In this document: positions 1 through 14,604 of the stretch, piece after piece
How positions within the stretch are numbered: the stretch's first letter is position 1
Layout: every line of letters starts with the position of its first letter
Origin: Gekko japonicus
Taxonomy: Eukaryota
Direction: 5' to 3'
Length of the DNA stretch: 64,000 nucleotides
NCBI RefSeq assembly: GCF_001447785.1
Contig: NW_015172563.1
Span: 614,150 to 678,149 of the forward strand
Made by a program: the position numbers and the translations under genes
Notes under the pieces: generated by a model
Database searches by the model: none
Told to the model about the DNA's origin: nothing
Seen by the model: only the letters and a program-made list of their open reading frames with translations

Positions 1-1000
1 AAAGGCATCCACTGGAATGTGGAGTGCCCCAAGGGGCAGTACTGTCCCCGATGCTTTTTAACATCTACATGCACCCTCTCGCCCAGATTGCCCGAAGATA
101 TGGGCTGGGTTGTCACCAGTACTCTGATGATACCCAGCTCTGTTGGGTGGTCGGTCCAACTCTAAACCAAAAGATTTAGACTGGGCATTGCAAGCCGTGA
201 CTGGTTGCATTAGGCTGAGCCGGCTGAAATTGAATCCAACAAAGATTAAGGTCCTGTGCCTGAGTCGGGGCGGTCCGGGGTAGGGATCCCACTCCCGGCC
301 TTTGATGGGGCACCATTGGTGCCAGCGCCAGAGGTTAGGAGTTTGAGAGTGCTCCTGGATCTCTCCTTAACAGTGGAGGCCGAGGTAGCAGCCACTGCTT
401 AGTCGGCCTTTTATCATCTCAGGCTGATTAGGCAGTTGGTTCCCTTCCTCGAATGCAACAACTTGGCAACAGTGATCCATGTGATGGTCACCTTGAGCCT
501 GGATTACTGTAATGCCCTCTACATGGGGCTGCCCTTGTCCCAAATCTGGAAGCTGCAGCTAGTGCAGAATGCAGTGGTGAGGCTGTTATTGTGTCTTCCC
601 ATGCGGGAACACATTCAGCCCGCCCTAAAAGCACTGCACTGGCTGCCTATAGTATACGAGATTCGGTTCAAGGTGCTGGTTATTACTTTTAAAGCCCTTT
701 ATGACCAAGGACCTGCATACCTGAAGGACCGCGTTTCCCCATATGTCCCCCAGAGAGCGCTGCGATCGGCGACCCAGAATTGGCTGGTCCTTCCAACTAT
801 CAAGGAGGCCAGGCTAGCGACAATAAGGGCTAGGGCTTTTTCGGTGGCGGCTCCACTCTGGTGGAATGAGCTCCCGGAGGAGATCAGGGCCCTGTGGGAC
901 TTACTACAGTTCCGCAGGGCCTGTAAAACGGAACTCTTCCAACAGGCTTTTGGAGCCGCCACCATCACTGTCACCACTGACATCTGACAGTTATGAAAAG
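1..1000 (+). mobile_element. L2-clade LINE, 3' part of ORF2 (degenerate RT and C-terminus)
   Basis: GVPQG.VLSP.LFNIYM and HQY.DDTQL RT motifs near the start. The ORF at 436-987 has LDYCNALY.GLP...LQLVQN...HI.P.L..LHWLP, typical of the L2 C-terminus. Confidence 0.85.
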
Positions 1001-1234
1001 TGAGTCCTGCCCCCTCGCGTCCCCAATTATAGCCCAACCCGAGCGCCTGGACACCTGAAGGAGATAAGAAACTGACTGTACGCTGAGGAATCAAATGCTA
1101 GGACTTATATTAAAGTTGTTATACTCATGGTTTTTAAATTTGTGATTGATTGGATTTTATACTGTATATTGTATTATTATTGCTGGGAGGGCGGGGTAAA
1201 ATTTTAATTAATAAATATAATAAACAGAAGTTTA

Positions 1235-2125
1235 ATAATGAAAGGATGGAAGTGCTACTGGTGGCCACAAGGTCTGACCTGGAATTTATTGTGTCACTCA
1301 TTCCGGATGGGGTTGCACTCCCCGTGAAGGACTAAGCTTGGGGGTGCTTTTGGACTCAGGCCTACTGCTGGATAAGCAGGTGGCAGTTGTGGCCAAGTGT
1401 GCCTTTTACAAGCTTCAACTGGTTAGCCAGCCATGGCCTTTCCTGGACAGAAAAGCACTGGTCACTGTGGTGCATGCTCTGGTTACATCTACATTCAATT
1501 ACTGCAATGTGTTTTATGTGGGGCTACCCTTGAAAAGTATTTGGTGCAGAATGTTGCAGCCAGGACGTTGACTGGAGTAGGTCATAGGGACTGTATCACT
1601 CCAGTCTTGGGCCATCTGTACTGGTTCCCAATTTGTTTCCAGGCACAATTCAGAGTGGTGGTGTTGATCTTTAAAACGTACATAGTTTGGGACCAACATA
1701 CCTGAAGGAATACCTATACCGTTATGAACCTACCCAATCACTGTGGTCATCTTCCAATGCCTTGCTTCGGGTGTTCTTGCATTCTGAGATTAGGCAGCTG
1801 GCAACCTGGGAGAGTTTCTTCTCGATCATGGCAACAAAACTCTGGAATTCTGTTCCAGGGGAGACTCATCTGTCCCCTTCTGTTGCCTTCTTCCACCAGT
1901 AAGTAAAGACTTTTGGGGGGGGGGGGTTGCATTCCCTCGGTGAGCTGTCCTTACTTCCCTGTGTTTTAATTGTTCTGTTTAAGTTTTTGATTTGTTTTTG
2001 CTTTCTTTTAATGATGTGTTTTTGTTGCTTTTAGTGGTTTACATGTGATTTTATTATGTGTATTTGTAATCTGTAAGCCATCTTGGTGTTCCTTATGAGA
2101 GCAGAAATGTGAGGTATAAATTTTG
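1235..2125 (+). mobile_element. L2-clade LINE 3' fragment
   Basis: Broken frames with LGVLLDS, YCNVFYVGLP, VQNVAAR and LYWFPI, followed by a T-rich 3' UTR and tgtaagcc tail. Confidence 0.8.
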
Positions 2126-4504
2126 TTTTAAAAAACTAGGGAAATGTTTTGCATTCTCAAAAGTGTAGTTTTCTAGTTCTGATACTGCTGTTTGGACAAA
2201 ATTTGAAATCTTTAACTGAGTTCAAGCTTCTGCATGGAGGAGGGATAGGAAGGAAGAAGGATGACATGAGTTCAGTCCTGAGCCATCAAGCCATGTTACA
2301 TCTGAATTGTGTTCACACACAGCTCTGAAACACACAGCAGTTTGGCAGCTTGTGTTGCTTGATAGTGGGGCTACTTTCAATAAATATAGTTCTTGGCTTT
2401 TTTCTCTTTTTCAGTGAGTATGTTTCATTTGGGTTCGATTTACGCTTCGTTAGTTCTAGAATTATTACAGAGTTGTCAAAAATTTTCCTTTGATTTCCCC
2501 ATTATAGTAGGCATGTTTCAAAAGTGGAAATGTATTTATCACAATGCTAAATTAAAAATTAACAGAATATGTGCATTTTGTATTAATGAAACAGAACAGA
2601 AATGGAGCAACTCGGGAGTCTTTCCTATTAAATATGTATTATTTTATGGTATTGTGATCATGCATACTTCAGTGTGTTTTTGCACAATAGATGGAATATT
2701 AAATATATTCATGATTATATGGCTAAATGACTTCTGCATTTTACTGGGAGAAGAGCTACCCAAAAGTGGCTGTCTAGAAAATTAATAATTAAAATGAATG
2801 AAAACAAGCTTAGCAGTAAAATTCTAATAGTGGTGAATTGGTATTGAGAAAGGTTATAGAAAGTTTAAACGTTAAGGGTAAAAGGTTCCTGTTGAAATTT
2901 TTAATGCTGTGATTCTGTTTAATGACTTATTGATTTGGCTTATATAACATTAATTATGGGTGTACAGTAGTAAGGAATATTACTATTATTATTACAATTA
3001 ATACTGAAGTATTACTTTTTAAAATATAAACTTATGATTTGCAGTCTGTTGGCTTAATTCTAGGAAACAAATCGTTTCCTGAAGGCATTTAAATTCTAGC
3101 CCACAGAATCCTGTAAGGTTCCATCTTGTTTCCTATGCTTTAACTCTTTCATGAAACCTCTGGGGGAGATCATCCAGGGATTTGGAGTGAGTTGTCACCA
3201 GTCTGCAGATGACACACAAATCTAACTCCACTTTCTGTCAAAATCCAGGAGGACTGTGCATGAGCTTATCTGGTATATGGAGACTTTAAGGGATAAGGGT
3301 GAAGAAATAGGGAAAAAATCCAGACATAACAGAAGTGCAGGTAAAATGGGAGTTTTGACAGATCATATATTGTTTCTTCAATTTGAATTTACTGGAGAAT
3401 AGTAACAAACGCGGTTCCTGAGTAAACAGTTACACAAGGAAATGAACATCCTTAATGATTTTAGCAGTCATTGATTATGTGTTTTTCAGCCTATCTGAAA
3501 TGGCTTTTTACCTCTCAGCATGTGGCCTCTGTACAGAATCGATCGGAAATAAAAATTTTAATCATTCTTTATTGATCCTTCTGTCCCATTAGTACTGTTG
3601 AACAGGTTTGATTTGTTTTTCGTGGTTACTAGGTTTGAAGTGCAAACAAAAGAGAATTGACTGGTGGGCATATGAACTGCTTTGGTTCCTAAGGTCTACT
3701 GGAAACGTTTCAGTCTGGATACAATCTACAAATTAAATAAAAAATGTCATAGCAAGGAACAGTGTCTTCTCAGTAGCAATGGCCCCGTTCAGGAATTCTT
3801 GTCTTGCAGAAGTCTACTAGAGCCTTACATATTTCATAATGTATAATTTAATCATGTGATACAGTGTTGTAATTGTAGGGTTTTGATGGAGACATCTGTC
3901 CACTGGATTTTATCATATGTTTGTGCTGTTATGTAGTTTTAAACTTTGTTATCCATTTTGAACTGAAAAATGAACTAGAAATTTAACAAAATAAAGAGAT
4001 TCACATGATCGTCATAATTTAAAACAGAATAACTAATTAGTTGGTGAGATACATGATGGATTTAGGCTCCTGAAGAAGCGTTATCTGACCACTGTTGTCC
4101 CAGCTAAGTGTTATTAATGTGTGGTAAAATTTTTGTTCAGGGTTCCATTTGTAAGAAAAAGAAGCAATGAAGCTCCATATATGTTCCAAATAAATCTGGT
4201 CATTTTATATTTGTGGAACAGTGAAGGATCATTTGCAGAGTTGCCTCTTGAGAGGGATCTTTCAGGAAGAACAGTCATTCTTCATACCCTCAACATTATG
4301 TTTAAAGATTTTAGCACTACATATTAGGCCATCCACAAACAGGGAGGGAAACAGATGATCCCCAAGCTTGGAGTAGTATCAGGAGAACATAGTAGCTCCT
4401 CAGAACACAGAATTTAGTCAGCCATAATTTATTTCTTTATTAGACTTTTTAGTCGCGGTTCACGCAAAGGGTCTTATGGTGACTTACATCATTAAAACCA
4501 ATAA

Positions 4505-5010
4505 GGTGGATTGTAAAATTAGTCTGAATGAAGACATTTGGGAGAAAATGTGGGCATCTATGGATTATAATTTTTCTGTCCTTTTAATTGTTGGAAGCAA
4601 TGTGGGCACATTGGATCATATATGCACTGTTGGTTGTATTGCCCCAAAATAAAACAATTCTGGGAAATGATTATGCAAAAAAATGTCTTTGATTACAGGA
4701 TACTCCCTTGAACTAACTCCTGAATCTCTATTTTTGAATTATGATAAACAGAATTCAACATAGGATATTCACATAGGATACTAATTGTTAATTTATTGAC
4801 TATAGCTAAAACAACTATTGGTCATTATTGGAAGAACCCAGCAGCTCCCCCAATATCTTTATGGCATTAAAAACTCTGGGAACACTATACGATGGCAAAG
4901 ATAATGGATTCTTTACAAATGTTTAGGTATACACAACTAAGAGTTTGAAAGTGTTTGGTATCCTATTTTAGACTATTTAGAACAGCAAGGTGAAATTTAT
5001 CTGAATACTT
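4505..5010 (+). mobile_element. L1-clade LINE 3' fragment (C-terminal Cys/His knuckle region)
   Basis: CWKQCGHIGSYMHCW.YCPKIKQFW motif, degraded. Confidence 0.6.
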
Positions 5011-5409
5011 GAAAACTTTTTCGATATTTGTGAATTAGCTATCTAGTACTTACAATTATCCAGGAAAGATGTATGCAAAACTCTAGGAATATTATATGAA
5101 TAGTACATCTTATGTTTTTACCATCCAAGAACTATAGATACTGATATATAGGCTTGGGTAAATGGTAAAGTATGCAGAGGAAAAATGCTGGCTTGTAGTT
5201 TGTAAATTTTTAATGTAACACTTTTTAATGTTATATTTATATTGTATATGTACATGTATACATTTGATATTTTTGGGATTTATTAAAAATTTTAAAAAAC
5301 AATAATGTAAAAACAACATAAAAGAAGTAACAAATAAAATATTAACATTAAAATATTAAAGTATTACAACATTAAAATATGTGGCTGTCACCATACCACT
5401 ATTAAGACA

Positions 5410-5840
5410 GCCCAAACATGTGGTTACTCTCCAAAGGCCAACCTAAATAATTCAGCTTTGCATGCCCTGCAAAAACTTAACAATTCTTGCAGGGTACGGG
5501 TGTCATCTGAGAGTGCATTCCACAGGGTAGTGGCCACAACTGAGAAGGCCCTTCCCCTGGTGACAGTTAACTGAGCCATCCTGGGGCCAGGCACCTGCAA
5601 GAGGCCCCTAAACGATGACCAAAGGGAGCACGGGGGAATTGTAACGGGAAAGGTGGTCCCGTAGGTATGAGGATCCCAGACCATTAAAGATTTTAAAGGT
5701 TAACATTAACACCTTGAATTGGATCCAGAGACTAATTGGTAGCCAGTGCAGCTGCTACAGAATTAAAGTAATATGAGCTGACTGTGAGGTTCTGGGCAGC
5801 AACCCGGCAGCTGCATTCTGGACCACCTGCAGTTTAGACA
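5410..5840 (-). mobile_element. L2-clade LINE 3' fragment
   Basis: Minus ORF RGRAFSVVATTLWNALS...FCRACKAELFRLAF, homologous to the element at 436-987. Confidence 0.8.
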
Positions 5841-7845
5841 TCCAAGATGTTTTCAGCAACAGGAAAGCTCTTAGAAGGCTGTTACAGCTAGCAAAATTAA
5901 TCCTCAATTGTCAAGGATGTATTGTGAGAAAACATTGTGCTTTAGCACAAATCATTGTAACAATTGATATAGGTAAACTCGGATAGTACTGCTTGAGTTA
6001 AAATGTTATTAAAGATAAGTAGATTGATACAACTTTGCTTTCTGTTCTTTCCTAAATAAAATTTTTATTCTCACCATCAAAATCTTCTACAAACGTTTTT
6101 CCCCCATGGTGGTACAGTTTTGCTAAGTGGCTAAAACCAGCCAGGCATTTCCTACAGGAACACCTGCCATTTTGTGACTCTTCCATCACTACAATCCTAC
6201 CTGCTACAGTGTAGGAATGCATATCTCCCATTATCTATTTTTAGAAATGTCTCTGTGCTACCTAGGCCCTGCAAGCAAGGCTAAGCACTGCAGTGGACAC
6301 ATGATATTGTGCCATTGATACATGCTTGTGTACCCTGAAAGGCCCCAGATGACCTATTTTTACTGTAACTAAAACTAGTCTCCCTTATAAATAAAAGCCG
6401 AATGGTGATGGCACTTCTCTAGAACATTCCACATGCTCCAAAATCAGTTCGCTCTCTGATCTGTCATTCAGAGGGTCTCCCTATCCACTGGCTGCTTTGC
6501 CTGAGTCCTGCCTCCAACATTCTAAGCAGTTTGCTCTTCCTCTCCCCCCCACAGCCAGTCAGAACACAGAGGTTATTTGCATATGCAGCCTCATTGGCCT
6601 TTGCCTCGGAACACAGAGGTCGTTTGCATATGTGACTTGATTGGCTTTTGTCTCTAACATTCTAAACAGTTTGCTCTTCTGAAGTAAAATGTGTCCAATC
6701 TCCAGGTGAGGGCTGGAGATCACTCAGAATTCCAACTGCTTTCCAGATGGCAGAGATCAGTTCCCCTGGAGAAAATGGTGGGCTCTGTATCCTTATATGC
6801 TGCTGAGGTGGCCCCCGTATGACAGCCAATGTGACGTAGCAGTCAGGGCTTCAGAGCACGGGAGAGGCTGCAGGTGTGTGGGGGGTGGAAAGCTGAAGAG
6901 TGAGGGGGAAATAAAGGTAGGTTGATGATTGGTTGGGAAGGAGATAGGGTTGCCAACTCCAGGTGGGAAATTCCTGGAGATGTGAGGGATGGAGCCTGGA
7001 GAGGGTGAGGTTTCAGGAGGCGTGGGACCTGGGACAGGTACAAAGCCATAGACTCCACCCTCCAAACCAACTATTCCCTTCTGGGGAACCATCGTTGCCA
7101 ATCTCCAGGTGAGGACTGGAGATCACTCAAAATTACAACTATTCTTTAGGTAGCAGAGATCAGTTCCTCTGGAGAAAATGGTGGACTCAGTGTCATTATA
7201 CCCTGCTGAGGTCGCCACAGCAAATTGACACTGCGTGTCCAAGGCCGGGGCACCCGCACAGAGCCTCTTTCTAGAGGCCGTTGTATTTATTTCCACAACG
7301 GGCCTTTTTCTTAGTAGTAAATAAATGTGAATGACATATCTCATTGACACACTCCATTGACATTTAACATATAGTGATGCTGGTTTCTTTTCTAGTTAAT
7401 TTTGAGATACTGCAAACATTTATTTGAAATAAATTTTTAATATTACAAGCCAAATTTATCTCTATTGTGCCTCTATGAAGGTTAATGAAGTATGCATATA
7501 GCCCATTATCTTTAATGTAGACGCTGTGTAACTGAAAACAATTGCCTGTCATTATTATTACTTTCCTAGGCTGTATGGGCATGAAAGGGAAGCAAACACA
7601 TATTTATTTGAAATAAGTTAATATGGTTAGCTTTGCTTTCTTTGTATCAATGGGATTATTTATTTTTAAAAAACAATCTGATTCTAAAAGCAGGTGGTCA
7701 TCTCCCAAGTCAGTACTTGTCAAGCTTTGTACCCTCAGGGAGCCTTTTCTGCACTGATTTACTGCTGTGGAACCTCAATATATTTGACACAGAATGCCAG
7801 TTTGTTCCATATGATGATGACGTGTATTTTCGGATATCACTAAGT

Positions 7846-8201
7846 CAGGGGTTCTCAGTGTGGTGCCTGTGGATGCTGTGCCCACCCGCACCTTTTCTGG
7901 CACCCACCAAGTGCTTTTGGGAAGTGGGCAGGACATGGGGCATTTGCCCATCAAGGTTTATGATGGGCCATTGGAGATCTGATTGGCTGAGCAGGTTTTT
8001 GAAAACATTGCTTTAGCAGCAGTTGCCATCACAGCACAAGAATATTCTCTGTGTGATTGAATATAAGCTGTGCCAGCCATTTGGTGGCTTGTTCCACCTC
8101 CAACGGCACCTATTTTATGGCAGCCATTTTGTGGTTGCGTCCACAACATAGTGTCAGAATTCCAAAGGTTCTTACAGGCTCAAAAAGGTTGGGGCCCTCT
8201 G
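7846..8201. mobile_element. hAT-type non-autonomous DNA transposon (MITE)
   Basis: CAG...CTG termini with 8-bp TSD cactaagt/cactaggt. A shorter relative lies at about 42078-42277. Confidence 0.75.
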
Positions 8202-9110
8202 CACTAGGTGATGGTCAGTCTCATAGAACCTCATTATTGCTCCACATGAACTGAGAATGAATGCTGGGAAGTGCACTATACTCCCCTGCAGGGGAAAATT
8301 GATAGGGTATTCAGAGACATAGTCAATATGTCATTCTCATCTAAGTTTGGTGTAATGGTTAAGTGTGCGTACTCTAATCTGGGAGAACCATGTTTGATTC
8401 CCCACTCCTCCATAGTTCTGTCAGAGCTGTTCTCTCAAGGACAGTTCTGGAAAGAGCTCTCTCAGTCCCACCTTCCTCACAGGGTGTCTGTTGTGAGGAG
8501 GGGAAGGGAAAGTAGTTTGTAAGCCGCTCTGAGACTCTGAATGAAGGGCGGGGTATAAATCCAGTCTCCTCCTCCTCCTCCTCCTCTCTAAGAACCTGTG
8601 AAGAAAGTAGCAGTAGCCAAAAGGCTTGAGAATAGGGCTCCTCCCCACAAAACCTCTTGGCTGTTGCTCTCTGGGACAAGACCAGAAAAGAGAATGCTAA
8701 AGCTGTCAATGGGGGTTGAGTGAGGAAGGGTTTGTTCTAACTTTGGCTTTTTTTCACCAGCAGGAAGCATGATGGGAGGGGGAAATGTTTAGCTGAATGT
8801 ACATATAGCAGGCCAGGTCAGGGACAAGAGATGTGTACCATGGGGGAGCAAGGTAGAATGCACAGCTGCATTAGTATGGGTCAGCATTACAGTTCCTAGA
8901 AGCATATTCAGCTAAAATCATTTTGTCTTATGTGCACCAAACCTGGACAGACACAAAGTCTGACATGTGGCAAGACAGTTAACTTATGACCGTCTTTTTC
9001 AGCCACTATAGAGCAAAGTTGGTTGGATGGGATGGTATAACAAGATGAACCTGTGAATTTTATGTACTTTGTGTATTAGGTTAATTGCAGTAAGTAATGT
9101 TATGCTTTAG

Positions 9111-9449
<339 letters not shown>

Positions 9450-9689
9450 TAATTGGAGTAAGTCTACATAGCCATACTAGGTTTTAGCTTTTGCAGTGGT
9501 CAGATACAAGAAATACATATGTACTACAGAGAAGTTATATGTTCTTGTTTTGCTGTGTTTTGTTATGGTTTTGATTTATCTCTGAGCCATTTTATTTATT
9601 TGCTCTGGGGAACAGAGAACATATTTTATATCAAGAGTATAAAAGTAAGGGTAAGAACAAGGAAATGGAGTTCAATACTGTAGAGAACA

Positions 9690-10865
9690 TACAAGACTTA
9701 CTGGAGCATACAAGAGAATTTCAGAAGAGAATCATCTTGTGATTCATAGACTACAGCAAAGCGTTTGACCGTGTAGATCATGAAAAGCTACGGTTGATTT
9801 TAAAAGAAATGGGTGTACCATGGTATCTTATTATTTTGATGCACAACCTGTACTCCAAACAAGAGGTTACTGTTAGGACAGTATATGGAGAAACAGAATG
9901 CTTTCCAATTGGCAAAGGTGTCAGACAAGGATGTATTTTATCTCCCTATCTCTTCTAACTGTAAGGAGAACATATCATAAGGAAAACTGGATTAGATTTA
10001 GATGAAGATGTAGTGAAAACTGATGAAGGAACATCAACGATTTGAGATATGCAGATGACACCCCACGTTACTGGCAGAAAATAGTGACTACTGCTGAAGG
10101 TTGAAGCAGACAGTGCCAAAGCAGGATTACAGCAGAACTCAAGAAGACAAAAGTAATGACTACTGGGGAATTACACAACTTTAAGGTCTATGGGGTCATG
10201 AAGAGTTGGACTCGACTGTGCCACTGAACAACAACAAAACAAGGTTGATGATGAAGAAATTGAAATTGACTTTCTATTCCTTGGCTCCATCACCAACCAA
10301 AAGGGAGACTGCAACTAAGAAATCAGAAGGAGATTGAGACTGGAAAAGGCAGCCACAAAGGAGCTAGAAAAGATCCTTAAGTTTAAGGATGTGATGCTGG
10401 CAACCAAGATCAAATTAATTAATGCCATAATATTCCCTATTATTGTGTATGGGTGTGAAAGTTGGACAATAAAGAAAGCTGGCAGAAAGAAAGTTGATTC
10501 CTTTGAAATATGGTGTTGGAGAAGAGTTTTACAGATACTGTGGACTGCCAAAAGGACAAATCGGTGGATTCTAGATCAAACCATCCCTGAACTCCCCCTA
10601 GAAGCTAAAATGATCCAATTGAGGCTATCGTACTTATGGTCACATTATCAGAAGACAAGAGTACCTGGAAAAGACAATAATGCTAGGAAGAGTTGAAGGT
10701 AACAGGAAAAGAGGAGGACCTGACATGAGATGAATGGAGTCAATCAAGGAAAACACAGCACTCAGTTTGCAAGACCTGAGCAAGGCTGTTAGGACTTTTT
10801 GGAGGACATTAATTCTTAGGGTCATCATGAGTTGGAAGCGACTTGATAGCACATAACACACATAC
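9690..10865 (+). mobile_element. RTE/BovB-type LINE, 3' part of RT, degraded
   Basis: FIDYSKAFD.VDH, GVRQGCILSP, LRYADD and YGCESWTIKKA...FEIWCWRR motifs, ending in a CA-rich tail. Confidence 0.88.
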
Positions 10866-13800
10866 ACATGAGCCAAATCTTGAGCAACTGGAGTTCCTTG
10901 AGTCTGAGGTGTGTTTCTTGGCCCATCCCAACTGCCGACTTAGAGACAAAAGAGGAAAGGAAGAGAACCCCTACTGCAATATAACTTGCTAAAATGCCAC
11001 TTGAGGAGGTAGAGTAAAGGTTGTGGTCCCGATCTACTACACCTCTTTCGTTTTTCAGTGACCCCTCAGAGAAGCTCATTGGTTTCTATGTACAATGTAG
11101 AGATACATCCTAGAGTATCCATTTTGATGGCCTTTTAAGAGCCAAACTTGAAATTAAATTTTTCCATGAGTCAGGTATGGGTTCCCCCAACACAAAGCAC
11201 ACCGGGGGCCCAATGACTTCATTTGTAGGGTACACTGCATGTGGAGGCCTCCCCCCCAACAAATAATGCCGTCTGGCTGTTTCAGGTTAGAAAAACAGTG
11301 GGAGGGGGAAGCCCCTGCTATGCCACAGTACAGATTGGAAAGGGGTGCTTTGGGTGCTTGGTTTCCAGCTGCTGCCATCTGACTGTGACAGTATGACACT
11401 TGTACCTTGGGGACCCTGACTGGGCTTGTGGGAAAATGTGAAGTCTTATTTCTGCACAGAATGAATATATGTGTGCCAAAACCAGTCAATAGAATTTCAC
11501 AGAAATATGTTTATTTGCATGTGCATGATGAGCTTTTATACCTTTCCTTCTAAGCCTCATAGAATAAACATGGGCATTTTCTTTTATTGGAGTTGATACA
11601 TGCAACAGCTTTGCCTAATGTGCTTTCAAATGCTTGCACAGATTAAAGCCCATCTGTCAATATTTGTTTATTTAAAATGTTTCTGTGCCACCTTTCCACC
11701 ATGTAAAGGGTACCAAAGCCTTGAATGCCATGAAAACAATTCTTTAAAAATGAAGTTTTGATGAACCATAGATGTAAGATCTATTTCATATGCACCTGAA
11801 AATAATTGTTCCGTTTTCCCTGCCATTAATTACAAAATGTAAATAGAAATTTTATGTAAGGGCCTAGTATGGAGAACTGCTTATGGCTAGAGCATAGGTT
11901 TCTGTAAACCTGGATCCCCCAGCCCGGATTTGCGAGAAATCTTTATTCCTGAATAGAGAAAAACACTTTGAGACAAAAAACCTCTAAAATTGTAGAAGCG
12001 CCTTCCGTATGTATGCAGATATTTTTGTGGGGTGGGGGTGGATAATGACATTCAGGTGGCATTTTGGGTTGGTGAAGGAAGCCAAGGTAGCTGTAGTCAG
12101 AAGGGAGGAGGCCTGGGATTCAGGGAGAGGAGAAAATAGGGGATGGAAAGATAATGGGCAGTGCAGGTGGGAAGGAGAGCTACCAAGGGTTTATCATCTA
12201 TATACTAGTAGCCACATGTGGCCCCCACCTGTGGATAGCTAAATCCATGGATTGGGGGCCACACGAAAGCTAAACAAATTTTTCAGCAAACTTCGAGTTT
12301 TGTCAGGTTTGCAGAAAAATCTAAAAATTAAAAAAAATATATAGGGAGGTTTAAATCCCCTGAAAACACAGAGAATACACTTACCTCAGGTGGGCAGCAG
12401 CAGGACAGATGGGTTCTTATTCTGTTTACCTTGTTTGTTGTCAAAACTCTTTTGACAAAACCAATAAAAACATTATTTTTTAAAAAGTTTCCAATTTGAT
12501 ACTTTTAATAATAATATTATTCCCTACTGTCCTCCCCTTTTTTGCAGCTATGAAGCTGTCTTTCTGCCCATTTCTTTCCAGACCCAGCCTGTAGCCAGAA
12601 AATGTTTATTGGAGGGGCAAATGAGAACAGTGGGGGTCAGCCCATCATAATGTATTTACTTTATTATTTATATATTCATGCTTTATTAGTTATTTACCAG
12701 TTTTCTTCTTGAGACTCAAGGTGGATTACATGGCATAGACTATTGTAATCAAATAGCATATGAGATCTAATAAACAATGCAATGGGACTAGGCTTACAAA
12801 AATTACAAAAATGCAAAAAAAAAAAGTTATGCTATGTCCAGTAATGCAGAAAATGAAATTACAAAAAATGAAAACAATGCTGTAAAAGTGTGATAGAACA
12901 TACAACAAATCAATAATATATAGCATACACTGTGGCATAGACTACAGTCCTGTTTTCTATAAGCTTTTTAAAAATGCCCTCCCAAGCAACTCCATTACAT
13001 AGTTTGCAGAATTAAAGAAGTGTGAGAGTCTTCTTCCAAGACAGGTCCAAAAGAGTCACATACAGCTCTCAACTCAAAACAGTTCAACGCATCATCAGCG
13101 ACTTACAACCTCTACTGCATAATGACAGCTCCCTTTCACATACTTGAAAAAATGAAATATGTAGCTTTCTGGTTCTCTTCTACTAGCCTAGCTGAAAAAA
13201 ATCATGAGCACAGGAAAGCTGTAACAGTATAGGTAACTAAGGGATCACAAGCTTCTAGGTGTGTAAGAGAGAGGGTTGCCAGCTGTGGGTTGAGAAATAC
13301 CTGGAGATTTTTGAGGTGGAGCTTGAGGGCGGGGTTTGGGGAGGGACCTCAGCAGGGGTACAATGCCATAGAGTCTGCTTTCCAACACAGCTATTTTCTC
13401 TGGGGAAACTGATCTTTATGTTCTGACCAAGGTCCATAAAGCATCACCATAAATACTAATTACACTTAAATTAATACCCAAAGCCTCATAATCCTATGGG
13501 AATCTATGGCAAGACTCTCATTCAAGTTACCATTTGGCAGTCAGTGTGAAGAATTTAATCTTTGTGCGGTCTGGCTAGCAGCTCTTGCTATGATCATCAC
13601 TTTATAACTCTAAAATCATTCAGTGCAGTCACTATTTTAAATTCCATACTACAAAGTCTCAAACTCAGTGTAAACTAATAAAAATGCAGTTTCCATAGTG
13701 TCTGATGCTGCAGCTGGTGTAACCTATTATACAGACTCAGAAAGGCAATGGCAAACCACCTCTGCTTCTCACTTGCCTTGCAAGCCCTTAGCGGGGTACC

Positions 13801-14398
13801 TGTCCCCAGAAGTTGTCTGTGACTCCTCTCTCTCTCTTTCTCTCTCTCTGAGCACTCAGAGGCAGCCGGATGGGGTGGGGGCAAGGAGGAAAGGCTGGCT
13901 CGTCGGTCTCCCCTCAGGGAGGGGTGCCCTTTACCTGCTCGCCAGAGCCCCCGCACAAATGAGTCCCATGTCATCCTCGCCTTGGCTGAGGGGCGCGCCT
14001 GGCCATGCGCTCTACCTCTTGGGGATGGGCGGGAGGGCGTGAGGCACCTGGATTGGCTGCCGGGTCAGACGGCTGTGATGTTCCTGCTGCCACCACTTGC
14101 CGAGGAGGGCTGCCGGTCCCCGCAGTCAAAGCCAGAGCCACCACTGGAGGAAGGGGGAGGGGAAGAGCAGGGCTTTTGGTGAGGGAGGGGCGGGGTGGGC
14201 TCGGACGCCAGCCAGAACACTGTTTCAGGGCTTTCTGGCCCAAAAATTGTTCTGAGTATATCTTAATTGTCAACATGACCAGCTGTCTGGATACTTCAAT
14301 CTGGAAACTGGACCCAATGGCAGAAAAAGCAGCTCTTTCGAGGTTAACCTCCAAATAATAAAACAGCACCTATAGCTTTAAGAAAAAGGGGTCCTCAG

Positions 14399-14604
14399 CA
14401 GTGTTCCCTCTAAGCTGAGTTAGTGTGAGCTAGCTCACAGTTTTATAGCCTCCGGCTCACACATTTTTGTCTTAGCTCGGGAAGGATGGCTCCAGAGCAA
14501 ACTAATTTATGCAGCAGCCAAATTGCTTGCTCACAACTTTAATGCCAGTAGCTCACAAAGTAGAATTTTTGCTCACAAGACTCCAAAGCTTAGAGGGAAC
14601 AAGG
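14399..14604. mobile_element. ~206-bp hAT MITE (TIR CAGTGTTCCCTCTAAGCT)
   Basis: Terminal inverted repeats and a perfect 8-bp TSD gtcctcag. Same family at 29084 and 37381. Confidence 0.9.

Noticed and set aside
4121-4327. Short + strand ORF considered as an upstream AKAP7 exon
   Set aside because: No recognisable similarity to AKAP7 and no convincing donor site. Earlier exons are probably left of the window.
13675-14369. GC-rich patch with overlapping ORFs or a possible CpG promoter
   Set aside because: No recognisable protein; it resembles internal sequence of a degraded DNA transposon whose ends I could not define.
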